From Torpedo marmorata (taxonomy: Eukaryota): a stretch of 64,000 nt of DNA. The notes beneath the pieces were generated by a model that had not been told where the DNA came from, ran no database searches, and saw only the letters and a list, made by a program, of their open reading frames with translations. The position numbers and the translations under genes were made by a program. Shown piece by piece: positions 37,963-50,919 of the stretch. The first letter of the stretch is position 1, and each line of letters opens with the position of its first letter. Location: contig OZ360223.1 in the NCBI GenBank assembly GCA_977017645.1, positions 47,554,001 to 47,618,000 on the forward strand, written 5' to 3'.

Positions 37963-38168
37963 CAGTAAAATCCCCATTATTCAATCAAACGGCAGCCTCA
38001 AGCAACTGGCAAAAAAAATTGTGGAAAACAAATAGGTAAAAAATACGAAAGTTTAAAATTGGTGCCCTTAGTTCGCCAATCACGCAACATGCAATCTCAA
38101 GCAACCAGCAAATTCTATCTGGCTTCTATCAATCCCCATATGCGCCGGATACCGGGGGTTTTACTTTA
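37963..38168. mobile_element. MITE, second copy of the 13945 family
   Basis: ta|cagtaaaatcccc...ggataccgggggttttac; shared internal aaataggtaaaaaatac..gtttaaaattgg..ttcgccaatc. Confidence 0.82.
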
Positions 38169-38304
38169 TAATGAATGTATTTTAAAATAAATTGTCTTTC
38201 TGAGAATCTTCCATTCACAAGTAGAAAGGAACCATCGTAGTTCACGTAACACTGAAGATTCAGCAAGCCTTGCAACTGTTCATTACAAATCCATTTGAAA
38301 TGCT

Positions 38305-38540
38305 GAAGCAACAAACAATCTGCTGGAGCAACTCAGCAGGTGGAGCAGCATCAGTGGAGAATAAGAATGGTCAACATTTCAGTCTGGAGCCTTTCATCAA
38401 GACCACAGACTTGAAGAAGGGTTCCAGTCTGAAATGTCAACCATCTTTCTTCTCCCACTGATGCTGCTCCACCTGCTGAGTTCCTCCAGCAGATTGGTTT
38501 GTGCTCTAGATTCCAGCATCTGCAGTATCCTGTGTGTCTC
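38305..38540 (+). mobile_element. Older Penelope-terminus-derived inverted-repeat element
   Basis: Two ~95-bp diverged inverted arms around an 8-nt spacer (38402-38409); each arm starts cttga(t/a)gaa.gg...gaaatgt; tail ttccagcatctgcagt. Confidence 0.8.
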
Positions 38541-38811
38541 CATTTATAAATATCTCCATGACACCAGGATTTAGGGCGGAGTGGACAGCGAGGAAGGCTT
38601 TGAAAGCTTGCAGTGTGATATGGAGCAGCTGGAAAAATGGGTTGCAAAATGGCAGATGAAATTTAATGTGGACAAGTGTGAGGTGTTGCACTTTGAGAGG
38701 ACAAACCAGGGCAGGACTTGCACGGTGAACGGTAGGGCACTGCGGAGTGCGGTAGAACAGAGAGATTTGGGAATACAGACACATAATTCCTTAAAAGTGG
38801 CATCACAGATA

Positions 38812-41800
38812 GTGAGGGATGTCTCTGATCGAGGACACAGCATTCTGGAGGGGGAGGCCAAGCAGCCAGATGTCATGGTCCACGTGGTGACCAATGATAT
38901 AGAAAGAAGTGGGGATGAGGTCCTGATGAAGGAATATAAGGAGTTAGGAAGGAAATTAAAAAGCAGGACCTCAAGGGTGGTAATCTCGGGATTGCTGCCT
39001 GTGCCACGCACTAGAGAGGGTAGAAATAGGAAGATGTGGAGGATGAATGCGTGGCTAAAGAGTTGGTGCTGGGGGCAGGGGTTCACATTTGTGGATAATT
39101 GGGATCTCTTCTGGGGAAGGTCTGACCTGTACAAAAGGGACAGGCTGCACTTGAACTGGAGGGGGACCAATATCCTGGCAGACAGGTTTGCTAGAGCTGT
39201 TGGGGAGGGTTTAAACTAGTTTGGCAGGGGGGTGGGAATCAGAATGAGAATGCGGAGATTAGGGTAGATTTGAAGGAAGAGAGGAACCAGAATGTTAAAG
39301 TTAATGAAGGAGAGGGTAATCGAAGGAGTGTATTTGGGGGACATTCTCTCAAGTGTATATATTTCAATGCAAGGAGCATTGTAAGAAAGGTGCATGAGCT
39401 TAGAGAATGGATGGATACATGGAAATATGATATTGTAGCCATCAGTGAAATTTGGTTGCAGGAGGGGCATGATTGGCAGCTAAATATTCCAGAATTCCGT
39501 TGTTTTAGGCGTGATAGAACAGGGGGGATAAAAGGTGGAGGAGTCGCATTGCTTGTTAGAGAAAGCATTACAGTGGAGCTATGGCAGGATAGATTGGAGT
39601 AGAATTGAGGAATGGGAAGGGCAAGGAAACACTGATAGGTGTATATTATAGACCACCTAATGGGCAGTGGGAATTAGAGGAGCAAATTTGTAAGGAGATA
39701 GCATATATGTGTAATAAACATAAGGTGGTGATTATAGGAGATTTTAACTTTCCACACATTGACAGGGACGCCCATACTGTAACAGGGCTGGATGGGGTGG
39801 AGTTTGTAAAATGTGTTCAGGAGAGTTTTCTAAATCAATGCATAGAAGAACCGACAAGAGAGGGGGCAGTATTGGATCTCCTATTTGGGAATGTGATAGG
39901 TCAGGTGACAGAGGTTTGTTTTGGGGAACACTTTGGGTCTAGTGATCATAATACTATTAGTTTTAGGTTGATAATGGAGAAGGATAGGGCTGGGCCTAAG
40001 GGTGAGATTCTTGATTGGAATAAGGCAAATTTCAAGGAGATGAGAAAGGATTTAGAGGGTGTGGATTGGGATAATTCATTTTCAGGGAAGGATGTAACAG
40101 ATAAATGGAGTATATTCAAAGGGAAATTTTGAGAGTACAGAGTCAGTTCGTCCCTGTGAGGATTAAAAGAAGAGTTAGAAAATATAGGGAGCCTTGGTTT
40201 TCAAAGGATATTGGGAATTTGGTTCAGAGGAAGAGGGATGTGTACAACAGGTATAGACAGCAGGGAATAGATGAGGTCCTTGAGGAATATAAGAAGTGTA
40301 AAAAAAATCTTAAGAAAGAAATTAGAAAGGCTGAAAGGAGATATGAGGCTGCTTTGGCAGGCAAGGTAAAAATAAATCCAAAGGGTTTCTGCAGGTACAT
40401 TAAAAGTAAAAGAATAGTGAGGGATAAAATTGGGCCCATTGACGATCAGACGGGTAGGCAATGTGAGAAGTCAGAGGAGATGGGGGAAATTTTTAATGAA
40501 TTTTTTTCTTCAGTATTTACAAAGGAAAGGAATATTGAGCCAGGTGAAGTAAGGAAATCTGGTAGTGAGGTCATGGATAATATAAAGATTAATAAGGAGG
40601 TAGTATTGGCTATTTTAAAGAGTATAAAGGTGGATAAATCTCCAGGTCCTGACAGGATATTCCCGAGGACCCTGAGGGAGGTTAGTGTACAAATAGTGGG
40701 GGCTCTGACAGAAATATTTAAAATGTCACTGGCCACGGGGGAGGTGCCGGAGGATTGGAGGGTAGCTCATGTTGTCCCACTGTTTAAAAAAGGCTCCAAA
40801 AGTAAACCTGGAAATTATAGGCCTGTGAGTCTGACATCGGTGGTGGGTAAATTAATGTAGAGTGTTCTTAGAGATGGTGTATACAGTTTTTTGGAAAGAC
40901 AAGCATTGATTAGGAGTAGTCAACACGGTTTTGTACGTGGTAGATCATGTTTAACAAATCTCATAGAGTTTTTCGATGAGGTTACTAAGAAGGTTGACGA
41001 GGGGAATGCTGTGGATGTTGTCTATATGGACTTTAGTAAGGCATTTGACAAGGTTCTGCATGAGGCTTGTTAGGAAGGTTCAAGCATTAGGTATTAACGA
41101 CGAAGTAGTGAAATGGATTCAACAATGGTTGGATAAGAGATGCCAGAGAGTAGTATTGGAAAATTGTTTGTCAAATTGGAGGCTGGTGACTAGTGGAGTG
41201 CCTCACGGATCTGTACTGGGTCCATTGTTGTTTGTCATATATATTAATGATCCAGATGATAGGGTGGTAAATTGGATTAGTAAGTATGCAGATGATACGA
41301 AGATTGGTGGTGTTGTGGACAGTGAAGAGGGTTATCAAAGCTTGCAGGGGGAGATAGGACAATTAGAAGAGTGGGCTAAAACATGGCAGATGGAGTTTAA
41401 TACTGATAAATGTGAGGTGCTACATTTTGGTAGGACTAATCAGCAAAGGTCATACGTGTTAAATGGAAGACAATTGAGGAGTGCAGTAGCACAGAGGGAT
41501 TTAGGAATTCTGGTACATAATTCCCTGAAAGTAGAGTCACACGTAGATAGGATGGTGAAGAAAGCATTTGGTATGTTGGCCTTCATAAATCAGATTATTG
41601 AATACAGGAGTTGGAATGTCATATTGAAGTTGTATAAGGCATTGGTGAGGCCAAATTTGGAATATTGTGTGCAGTTTTGGTCGCCGAATTATAGGAAGGA
41701 TATAAACAGAATAGAGAGAGTGCAGAGGAGATTTACAAGAATGTTGCCTGCGTTTCTGGGTTTGAGTTACAGGGAAAGGTTGAGCAGGCTGGGACTTTAT

Positions 41801-42200
41801 TCCCTGGAGCGTAGAAGGTTGAGGGGTGATTTGACAGCGGTATTTAAAATTATGAAGGGAACAGATAGAGTCAACGTGGACGGGCTTTTTCCATTGAGAG
41901 TTGGGAAGATTCAAACACGAGAACATGGATTGAGATTGAAGGGGGAAAAGTTTAGAGGAAACATGAGGGGGAATTTCTTCACTCAGAGGGTGGTGGGAGT
42001 GTGGAACGAGCTTCCAGCCGAAGTGGTAGATGCAGGTTCAATTTTAATGTTTAAGGAAAAGTTGAATAGGTATATGGATGAGAGAGGTGTGGAGGGTTAT
42101 GGGCCAGGTGTGGGTCAGTGGGACTAGGTCGGAGGTGTTCGGCATGGACTAGAAGGGCTGAACTGGCCTGTTTCTGTCCTGTAATTGTTATATGGTTATA
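38812..42200 (+). mobile_element. Near full-length CR1 LINE: ORF1 SGNH-esterase C-terminus plus ORF2 (APE + RT), several disabling mutations
   Basis: VMVHVVTNDI..RVVISGLLP..DRLHLN (esterase); YFNARSI, GVYYRPP, GDFNFP, SSDHN (APE); KSPGPD, KYADD (RT); tail ttatatggttata. Confidence 0.95.
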
Positions 42201-42456
42201 GAAGTTGGGATGTTATCTTGAAATTGTGCAAGACATTGGTGAGGCCAAATTTGGAGTATTGTATGCAGCTTTGGTCAACTACCTTCAGGAAAGATATCTA
42301 TAAGATTGAAAGAGTGCAGAGAAAATGTACAATGATGTCTCTGGGACTTGAGGTGTTGAGTTATAGGGCAAGATTGAATAGGTTGGGACATTTTTTCCCT
42401 GGTATGTCAGAGAATGAGGTGGAGATTTGATAGATGTATACAAAATTATCAGGGGT

Positions 42457-45400
42457 GCGCAATATAAGGCAAGAATAATTTCTGATCATTCGCCTCTTTT
42501 AATGTCATGTGTAATTCCAGAAAAAGAAAAAACTATATATAGATGGAGATTTAATTCCTCTTTATTGAAAAGAACGGATTTTTGTAATTATATAAGAAGA
42601 GAAATTCAAGAATTTTTACAGATTAATTCTGATTCCATTGACAATAAATTTATTATTTGGGAGGCTTTGAAAGCTTATTTAAAAGGTCAAATAATAAGTT
42701 ATTCAGCAAAAATTAAGAAGGAATATATTCAGGAATTGGATAATTTGGAGAAGGAGATTAAGCTTTTGGAGAAGGATTTGCAAAAAAAGAGATCAGAAGA
42801 AAAGAAGAAAAATTTAATTGAGAAAAAAATATATTATAATACGTTACAAACATATAAAATGGAAAAATTAATTGAAAGAACTAAGCAAAGATATTATGAA
42901 TTGGGAGAAAGAGCTCATAAAATCTTAGCCTGGCAATTAAAGAAAGAACAAACTTCTAGAACTATAACGGCTATAAAAAGCAATTCTAAGAAAATAACAT
43001 ACAAACCACGAGAAATAAATGATTCTTTCAAGGATTTTTATTTAAATTTATATAAATCTCAAACTGATAAAGATGATTCTAAAATTAATGAATTTTTATC
43101 TAAAATTAAGATGCCGAGGTTAAATATTCATAGTAAAGAATTTTTAGATTCATCGTTTACGATGAGAGAAGTTAATGAGGTTCTTAGTTCTTTAACAAGT
43201 GGAAAATCTCCGGGGGAGGATGGTTTCCCACCAGAATTTTATAAGGAATTTAAGGATTTATTGATACCTCCTTATATGGAGGTGTTAAAACAAATAACGG
43301 AAACTCATTCTCTACCGGAAACTTTTTCAAATGCAATAATAATAGTTATACCTAAAAAAGATAGAGATTTGTTGAAAACAGAATCATATAGACCAATTTC
43401 GTTGCTAAATGTGGATTATAAGATAATGGCGAAAACTTTAGCAAATAGAGTGGCTAAATATTTACCAGATTTAATTCATGTAGATCAAGCAGGTTTTATT
43501 AAGAATAGATATTCAAAAGATAATATAGCCAGATTAATTAGTTTAACAAATGTGGCACAAAAGAGAGAGGAATTAGCATTAGTATTAACATTAAATGCCG
43601 AAAAGGCTTTTGACAGATTAGAGTGGAATTACTTATTAAAAGTACTGGAAAAATTTGGTTTTGGAACTACATTTATTAATTGGATTAAAACAATATATAA
43701 AGAACCCTCTGCTAGAGTGGTCACAAATGGACAAATTTCTTCAAAATTTTCTTTGACTAGGTCAACCAGACAAGGTTGTCCTTTGTCGCCAGCATTGTTT
43801 ATTTTAGCAATAGAACCTTTAGCAGAATTAATTAGACAGGATATTAAGATTGTAGGTATTAAAGTTGGTAATGAAGAGCATAAAATTACTTTATTTGCAG
43901 ATGACGTATTGATTTATATGACAAAACCTATTACTTCTTTAGTGAGAGAATATGGGGAAATATCTGGTTATAAGATTAATTCTGATAAAAGTGAAATTAT
44001 GGCATTAACACAAGGGGATTATAGTAAATGTAAAGAAATTACACAATTTAAATGGTCTAAGGAAGGAATTAAATATTTGGGAATAAAGATTGATACAAAA
44101 TTAACTAATCTATATAAATTAAATTATCTACCATTATTTATGAATATTAAAAAGGATTTAGAAAGTTGGAAAGATTTACCTATAACTTTAATGGGAAGGG
44201 TAAATTGTATTAAAATGAATGTTTTTCCAAGAATTCAATATCTTTTTCAATCAATTCCTTATGAAATTCCTCAAAAATTCTTTAAAGATTTAAATTTAAT
44301 TATTAGGAAATTCTTGTGGAAAGGAAAGTTGGCTAGAGTAGGTATGGAGAAATTAACTTGGAATTATGAAATGGGTGGTTTACAACTTCCTAATTTTCAA
44401 TATTATTATAAAGCAGCCCAATTAAAATTTATTAATGAAATGTTTGATTCAGGAAAATCTTCTGCTTGGATTAGAATAGAATTAAATAATATAGGAGAAG
44501 ATTTGAAAGAAGAAGTTATTTATAAATGGAATTCTAAATTATTATTAACAAGAGGGAAAAATTCTCCTATTTTTAAACATTTGTTAGAAATATGGAATAG
44601 AGTGGATAGAGAGATAGGAGGAAAAGGGTTAATTTATCGAAAAATGCCTCTGTATCAAAATAAACTCATTCCATTTACTGTTGATAATCAATTATTTAAA
44701 ATTTAGTTCCAAAAGGGAATTAAGAAAATAAATGATTGTTTGGAAGCTAGTAAATTTATTACTTTTCAAAGAATGAAAGGTAAGTTTAATGTATCAAATA
44801 ATACACTTTTTGCTTATTATCAAATCATAGCATTTTTAGTTGAAAGGTTGGGCTATAGTTTGACTTTAGCAAGACAAAATGAACTGGAATTATTAGTTAC
44901 TAATGGAGGTGTAAATAAATTTATTTCTCAAATGTATAGATTGTTACAGAGGAAAATGCCTAAACCAGGAATTCATAAATCAAGATTAAATTGGGAATCA
45001 GATTTGAATGTAACAATAGACGAAGAACATTGGAAAGAATTATGTAAACAAAGTATGACGAAGATTATTAACGTTAGATATAGATTAGTGAAATATAATT
45101 TTTTTCATCAATTATATTTAACACCTAAAAATTTAAAGAAATTTAATCCGACATTATCTGGTTTATGCTTTAGATGTAATAGAGAGGAAGGTTCTTTTGT
45201 ACATTCTACATGGTTTTGTCCAAAGATATATGATTTTTGGTTGAAAGTTAAAAAGTTTTAGATAAAGTATTAAGAATTACACTCCCAATGGATCCTATGA
45301 TATTTTTGTTTGGAGATATTAAAAGAATTAGTGTTAAGATGAAATTAAATATGTATCAAACAGAATTTTTACGTATTGCTTTAGCTGTTTCTAAGAAATG

Positions 45401-45810
45401 TATTGCTATTACATGGAAATCTGATGTAGATTTAGGGTTAGAAAGATGGCATGCAGAACTTCGTTCATGTATACCACTTGAAAAAATTACTTATAATCTA
45501 CGTAATAAATATCATTTCTTTTTGAAAATATGGAGCCCATATATAAAAACTGTCGGTTTTAGGATTTAAGATCTCTGGATATCGGATCTGACTGGCAAAC
45601 CTGTCTTCCACAATAAAATTAGTTTATAGTTGTTCTTTTTTAGAGTGACATTCTCCTTACTTTATCTTTTTCTTGTTTCTTTCTTTCTTTTTGGGAGGGT
45701 TAGGGAGGGGAGGGAGGGGGGTGAAAATGTATCACATGTAATTTGATAATTTTGCATTTTAAACTATGTTCTGTGTGATTTAAAAAATTTTAAATAAAAT
45801 ATTTTTTTAA
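42457..45810 (+). mobile_element. L1/Tx1-clade LINE, 5'-truncated at the end of APE
   Basis: ISDHSP..WRFN, GKSPGEDG, YRPISLLN, LFADD, CFRC; poly(A); TSD aaaat(t/g)atcaggggt (42442-42456/45811-45825). Confidence 0.96.
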
Positions 45811-46507
45811 AAAATGATCAGGGGTATAGATAGGGTAAATGCAAACAGGCTTCTTCCACTGAGGTTGGATGAGACAAGAACTAGAGGACATGGGTTAAGG
45901 GTGAAAGGTGAAATGTTTAAGGGGAACATTAGGGGGAACTTCTTCACTCAGAGGATAGTGAGAGTGTGGAACGAGCTGCCAGTAGAAGTCATGGATGTGG
46001 GTTCGATTTTAACATTTAGGAAAAATTTAGACAGGTACATGGATGGGAGAGATATGGAGGCTGTGGTCCACGTGCAGATCAATGGGACGAGGTGGAATAA
46101 TACTTCTGCATGGACCAGATGGGCCAAAAGGGTCTGTTTCAAAAAAAATAAAAAAAATAAAAAAATAAAAAATACTGTAGTGTTCTATGCTGCTATAAAG
46201 CTCACCTCTTTGCCTGCTGCCTGAAGCTCCTAACCTCATAATGCAACGTGGAATTTTTCTGACCCACATGCCTGATGGAAGAAACAAATCCAGTTGATTA
46301 ACAGGATGTCAGCATCTGATCTGGGTGACTTTACACACCACACAGATGCCCTGATCATCAGCTTCATCCAAACAGAACTATTTTCTGAACAGATGTCATT
46401 GGTCCACAAGTTGACTTGCTTGAAATACAGACAGTGCCTTTGCTATGGAATGTTAATCTATTCTATCCAAAAACAATCCTATCCTTTGAGCCTCATAACC
46501 ACACACA

Positions 46508-47766
46508 TCATACTTTGTTTACATATTTCTTTCCAATGTTCTTCATCTATTGTTACATTCAAATCTGATTCCCATTTTAATCTTGATTTATGAATTCCTG
46601 GTTTAGGATTTTTTTTTTGTAATAATCTATACATTTGAGAAATAAATTTATTTATACCCCCATTGGTAACTAATAATTCCAATTCACTTTGTCTTGGTAA
46701 AATTAAACTATGACCCAACTTTTCAACTAAAAATTTTCTTATTTGATAATAAGCAAAAAGTGTATTATTTAATACATTAAACTTCTCTTTCATTCTTTGA
46801 AAAGTAATAAATTTACTGGCTTCAAAACAATCATTTACTTTTTTAATCCCTTTTTGAAACCAAATTTTAAACAATTGATTATCAATAGTAAATGGGATAA
46901 GTTTATTTTGTTATAAAGGCATTTTACGAGATATTAACCCTTTCCCTCCTATCTCCCTATTCACTTTATTTATTAATTATTAATGTTAGATATAGGTTAG
47001 TGCAATACAACTTTTTGCAACAATTTTATTTAACACCTAAGAAACTAAAGAAATTTAACTCGAGACTATCAGATTTATGTTTTAGATCTGATAGAGAGGA
47101 AGGTTCTTTTGTACATTCTACGTGGCTTTGTCCAAAGATACATGCTTTTTGGCTGAAAGTTAAAAAGTTTCTGGACAAAGTATTAAGAATTACACTCCCA
47201 ATGAATCCTATGATATTTTTGTTTGGAGATATTAAAAGAATTAGTGTTAAAATGAGATTAAATATGTATCAAATAGAATTTTTACGAATTGCTTTAGCTG
47301 TTTCAAAGAAATGCATTGCTATTACATGGAAGTATGATGTAGATTTAGGGTTAGAAAGATGGCATGCAGAACTTCGTTCATGTATACCACTTGAAAAAAT
47401 TACTTATAATTTACATAATAAATATCATTTCTTTTTGAAAATATGGAGCCCATATATGAAGACTGTGGGTTTAAGGATTTGAGGATCTCTCGATCTCAGG
47501 TCTGACTGGCGAACCTGTGTTCCACAATAAAATCAATGTATAGTTGTTCTTTTTTAGATTGACAGTCTCCAAATTCTATTCTTCTTCCTCTTCCTTTTTT
47601 TCTTTCTTTCTATATTATTAGAATAGTAGGGGTGGGTGGGTTAGGGAGGGGGAAGGGAGGGAGGAGAGGGTGAAAATATATCACATGTATTCTGATAATT
47701 TTGTATTTTATTAACGTGTATTATCGTGTGATTTTAAATTTAAAATAAAATATTTTTTTAAAAAAA
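46508..47766 (+). mobile_element. L1 3' fragment with 5' inversion (46508-~46972 minus; ~46975-47766 plus)
   Basis: The two parts are adjacent segments of the 42457 copy (..CKQSM | IINVRYRL..) in opposite orientation. Confidence 0.9.
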
Positions 47767-47814
47767 GAATTGTTCAATTCCACTTGACTCACTGAAATTC
47801 AAATTTTCAAAGTT

Positions 47815-48702
47815 CAATGTTCAACATTCAAATTTATTTGAGTACATACATGACATCACATACAACCCTGAGATTCTTTTTCCTGCAGGCCAGGCAGAAT
47901 TTTTACTTATAAGGAACTGTAAATTCTACTCAAGAAAAAAAGATACTCGTAACGTAAATAAACGTAAAAGATGCATAACAGACACAACAACTTTGCAAAC
48001 GTGAGTAAAACTAAGCAACTCAGAAGGGGGAAATCAGGGGAACACGAACCAGTCCTCATCGAGGGATCAGCAGTGGAAAGGGTTAAGATCTTCAAATTCC
48101 TGGGTGTCAACAACTCTGAAGATCTATCCTGAGACCTCCATGTCGATGCAATCATGAAGAAGGCTCGCCAGCGGCTAGACATCATGAGGAGTTTGAGGAG
48201 ATTTGGAATGTCAGCAAAGACTCTTGCAAATTTCTACAGGTGTATCGTGGAGAGCATTCTAACTGGTTGAATCACTGTCGGGTATGGAGGTGCTATTGCA
48301 CAGGACAGGAAAAGACTGCAGGGAGTTGTGACCTTGGCCACCGCCATCATGGGCATCAGTCTTCACTCTATTGAAGACATCTACAAGAGGTGGTGTCTCA
48401 AGAAAGCAGCCTCTATCCTCAAGGACCCACACCACCCAGGCCATGCCCACTTCACGCTGCTACCATGAGGAATGAGGTACAGGAGCCTGACGACGAACAC
48501 CCAATGGTACGAAAACAGTTTCTTCCCCTCCGCCATTAGATTTCTGAATGGACAATGAACCACAGACACTACCTTGCTTTCTCTTATTTTTGCACTAATT
48601 TATTTATTTCTTAAAAATGAATTTATAGCAATATTTGAACCTGTAATGCTGCTGCAAAACAACAAATTTTGTGACATGTTCATGACAATAAATTCTGATT
48701 CT
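47815..48702. mobile_element. Rex1 tail (minus, ~47815-47915) next to a Rex1 3' fragment (plus, ~48020-48702)
   Basis: Minus tail matches 50760-50843; plus piece encodes [26 protein letters not shown] and ends catgacaataaattctgattct. Confidence 0.85.
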
Positions 48703-49479
48703 ATACAAAAGAGAGAAATGTAAACAAGTACATGGCTGAAAGCTTGGAGGACTGATATAAACTTGGCTAAGGCTGAATTCTTAGCAGCCTGCACCTAAAT
48801 TTTCTGTTCGCTGAATGGCATGTGAGAAGATACACTTTCACCAGCCAAATAGAAATCCAATCTGAATTTCTCATTTGTTTTGCTTGGAGACCCACACATA
48901 GCAACAGAAGAACATAACAACAGGAATAGGTTGTTCCACTGCTCAAGCAATTCCCTAATTCAATTTGATCATATGTAATTCATATTGGAACTCAATTTAC
49001 CTGCCTCTGATCCACTTGATACTCTTACCTAATAAAAATGTTAATCAATCATAAAAATGTTAAGTTACTCAATATTTATAACCTTTTATGAGAGGTAATT
49101 TCAGAGCCACTTCCTATTTACAAAAAAAAGTGCCTCCTGACTTCACCCCTAAAATTGTTCTGTGATCTGGATTCTTCCAGCAAAGGAATAGATCTATTCT
49201 ACCAACTTAAATAACCCAACTATGTCACTTCATAATCTATCAAATTCATGCAGCTTTTTCTTATAGATTTTTAAGCAGTGGTATCATTCTGTGATGTATT
49301 TTCACCAAATTCTCGATGTCTTAAACAGAAAGAAACATTCCACATGACCAATACTCTGAAGAAGTGAAAAGTTACTTCATCCTCTTGTATTGAAGGAACC
49401 TGGAAATGAAAGCCAACATTCACAAACTTTTATGCGATTTTATTTCACATGTTCATACATGTGCCTACATTTTTCACAT

Positions 49480-50843
49480 GTGCCTATCGACCATTGGCAC
49501 TCACATCAACAGTGATGAAGTGTTTTGAAAGGCTGGTGTTGAAGCATATCAGCTCCTGTCTGAGCGGCAACATGGATCTGTTCCAATTTGCCTATGGTAG
49601 CAACAGGTCTATGGCAGATGCCATCTCACTGGCTCTACACAAAGCCCTGGAACACCTAGACAGCAAAGATGCATACATCAGGATGCCCTTTATCGACTAT
49701 AGTTTGGCATTTAACAACATCATCCCCTCAAATTTGATCAGCAAACTCCAAGACTTGGGTCTTAACACCCCACTGTGTAATTGGATCATGGATTTCCTCT
49801 CCTCTGGACCCCAATCAGTGAGGAGTTGTAAAAACATCTCCCCCACAATCTCCATCAGTACCGGAGCACCACAGGGGTGCGTTCTTAGCCCCCTGCTCTA
49901 CTCAATTTACACCTATGACTGTGTGGCTCGGTACAACAACACCCTCTACAAATTCGCTGACGATACCACGGAAGTGGGTTGTATAAAAAAGGGGTGATGA
50001 GTCAGCATTTAGGAGGGAGATTGAAAACTTGGCTGAATGGTGCACCAACAACAACTTTGCACTCAATGTCACCAAAACCAAGGAGCTGGTTGTTGACCAG
50101 GAAGGGAAAATCAGAGGTGTACGATCCAGTGATCATTGGTGGATCAGAGGTGGAGAGGATAAGCAAATCTATGTTCTTGGAGATCGCTATCTCAGAGGAT
50201 CTTTCCTGGACCCAACACACTAATGGCATCATGAACAAAGCACGTCAGCACCTTTACTTCCTCATGAGTTTGGTATGACATCGGAAACCCTGGCAAATTT
50301 CCACAGATGTGTGGTGGAAAGTGTGCTGACCGACTGCATCACGGTTTGGTATGGGGGCACCAATATCCCTGAGCGTAAAGCCCTGCAAAATATAGTGGAC
50401 ACAGCCCAGGACATCACAGGTAAAACCCTCTTCACTATCAAGAACATCTACAGGGAACGCTGCCGTCGGAGAGCAGCAGCAATCATCAAGGATCCACACC
50501 ACCCAGAATGCTCTGTTCTCGCTGCTGCCATCAGGAAAGAGGTATAGGTGCCACAAGGCTCACATCACCAGGTTCAGGAACAGCTGCTACCCCTCCACCA
50601 TCAGACTCCTCAACAACAACCTCACTCAGAGACTTATTTAAGGACTCTTACTTTTGCATTTTATTGATCTTATTTTCTATCTCTGCATTGCAGTTTGCTT
50701 ACATTTCTTTATTTGCTTACATGTGCACATTGAGTCAGTTTTTTTTTGCACTGCTAATAAGTGGTAATTCTGCCTCGCCCACAGGAAAAAGAATCTTAGG
50801 GTTTTATATGATGTCATGTATGTACTCTGACAATAAATCTTGA
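49480..50843 (+). mobile_element. Rex1/Babar LINE, second subfamily, decayed
   Basis: [41 protein letters not shown]; tail tctgcctcgcccacaggaaaaagaat...tgacaataaa. Confidence 0.92.
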
Positions 50844-50919
50844 CTACAGCTCTTCACACCCTGTCCCCTGACAAGGTAATATTCCTTTCTTGCAATTCCT
50901 CTGTCTCCATCGCATCTGC
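50842..50919 (+). mobile_element. Small Penelope thumb-domain fragment (target of the BEL insertion)
   Basis: gactacagctcttcacaccctgtcccctg...attcctttcttgcaattcctctgtctccatcgcatctgc aligns by eye with 62018-62082 (HPVPCK..IPF.QFL.L.RIC). Confidence 0.7.

Larger units (their letters stand above)
38570..46140 (+). mobile_element. Outer CR1 fragment in three pieces (~38570-38811, 42200-42456, 45811-46140)
   Basis: Successive ORF2 C-terminal segments (DSEEGFESLQ..; SWDVILKLCKTLVRPNLEYC; IRGIDRVNAN..WNELP) separated by a younger CR1 and an L1. Confidence 0.8.

Noticed and set aside
45690-45725. TTAGGG within a G-rich tract (also 47630-47670)
   Set aside because: Ordinary G-rich L1 3' UTR with a single hexamer.
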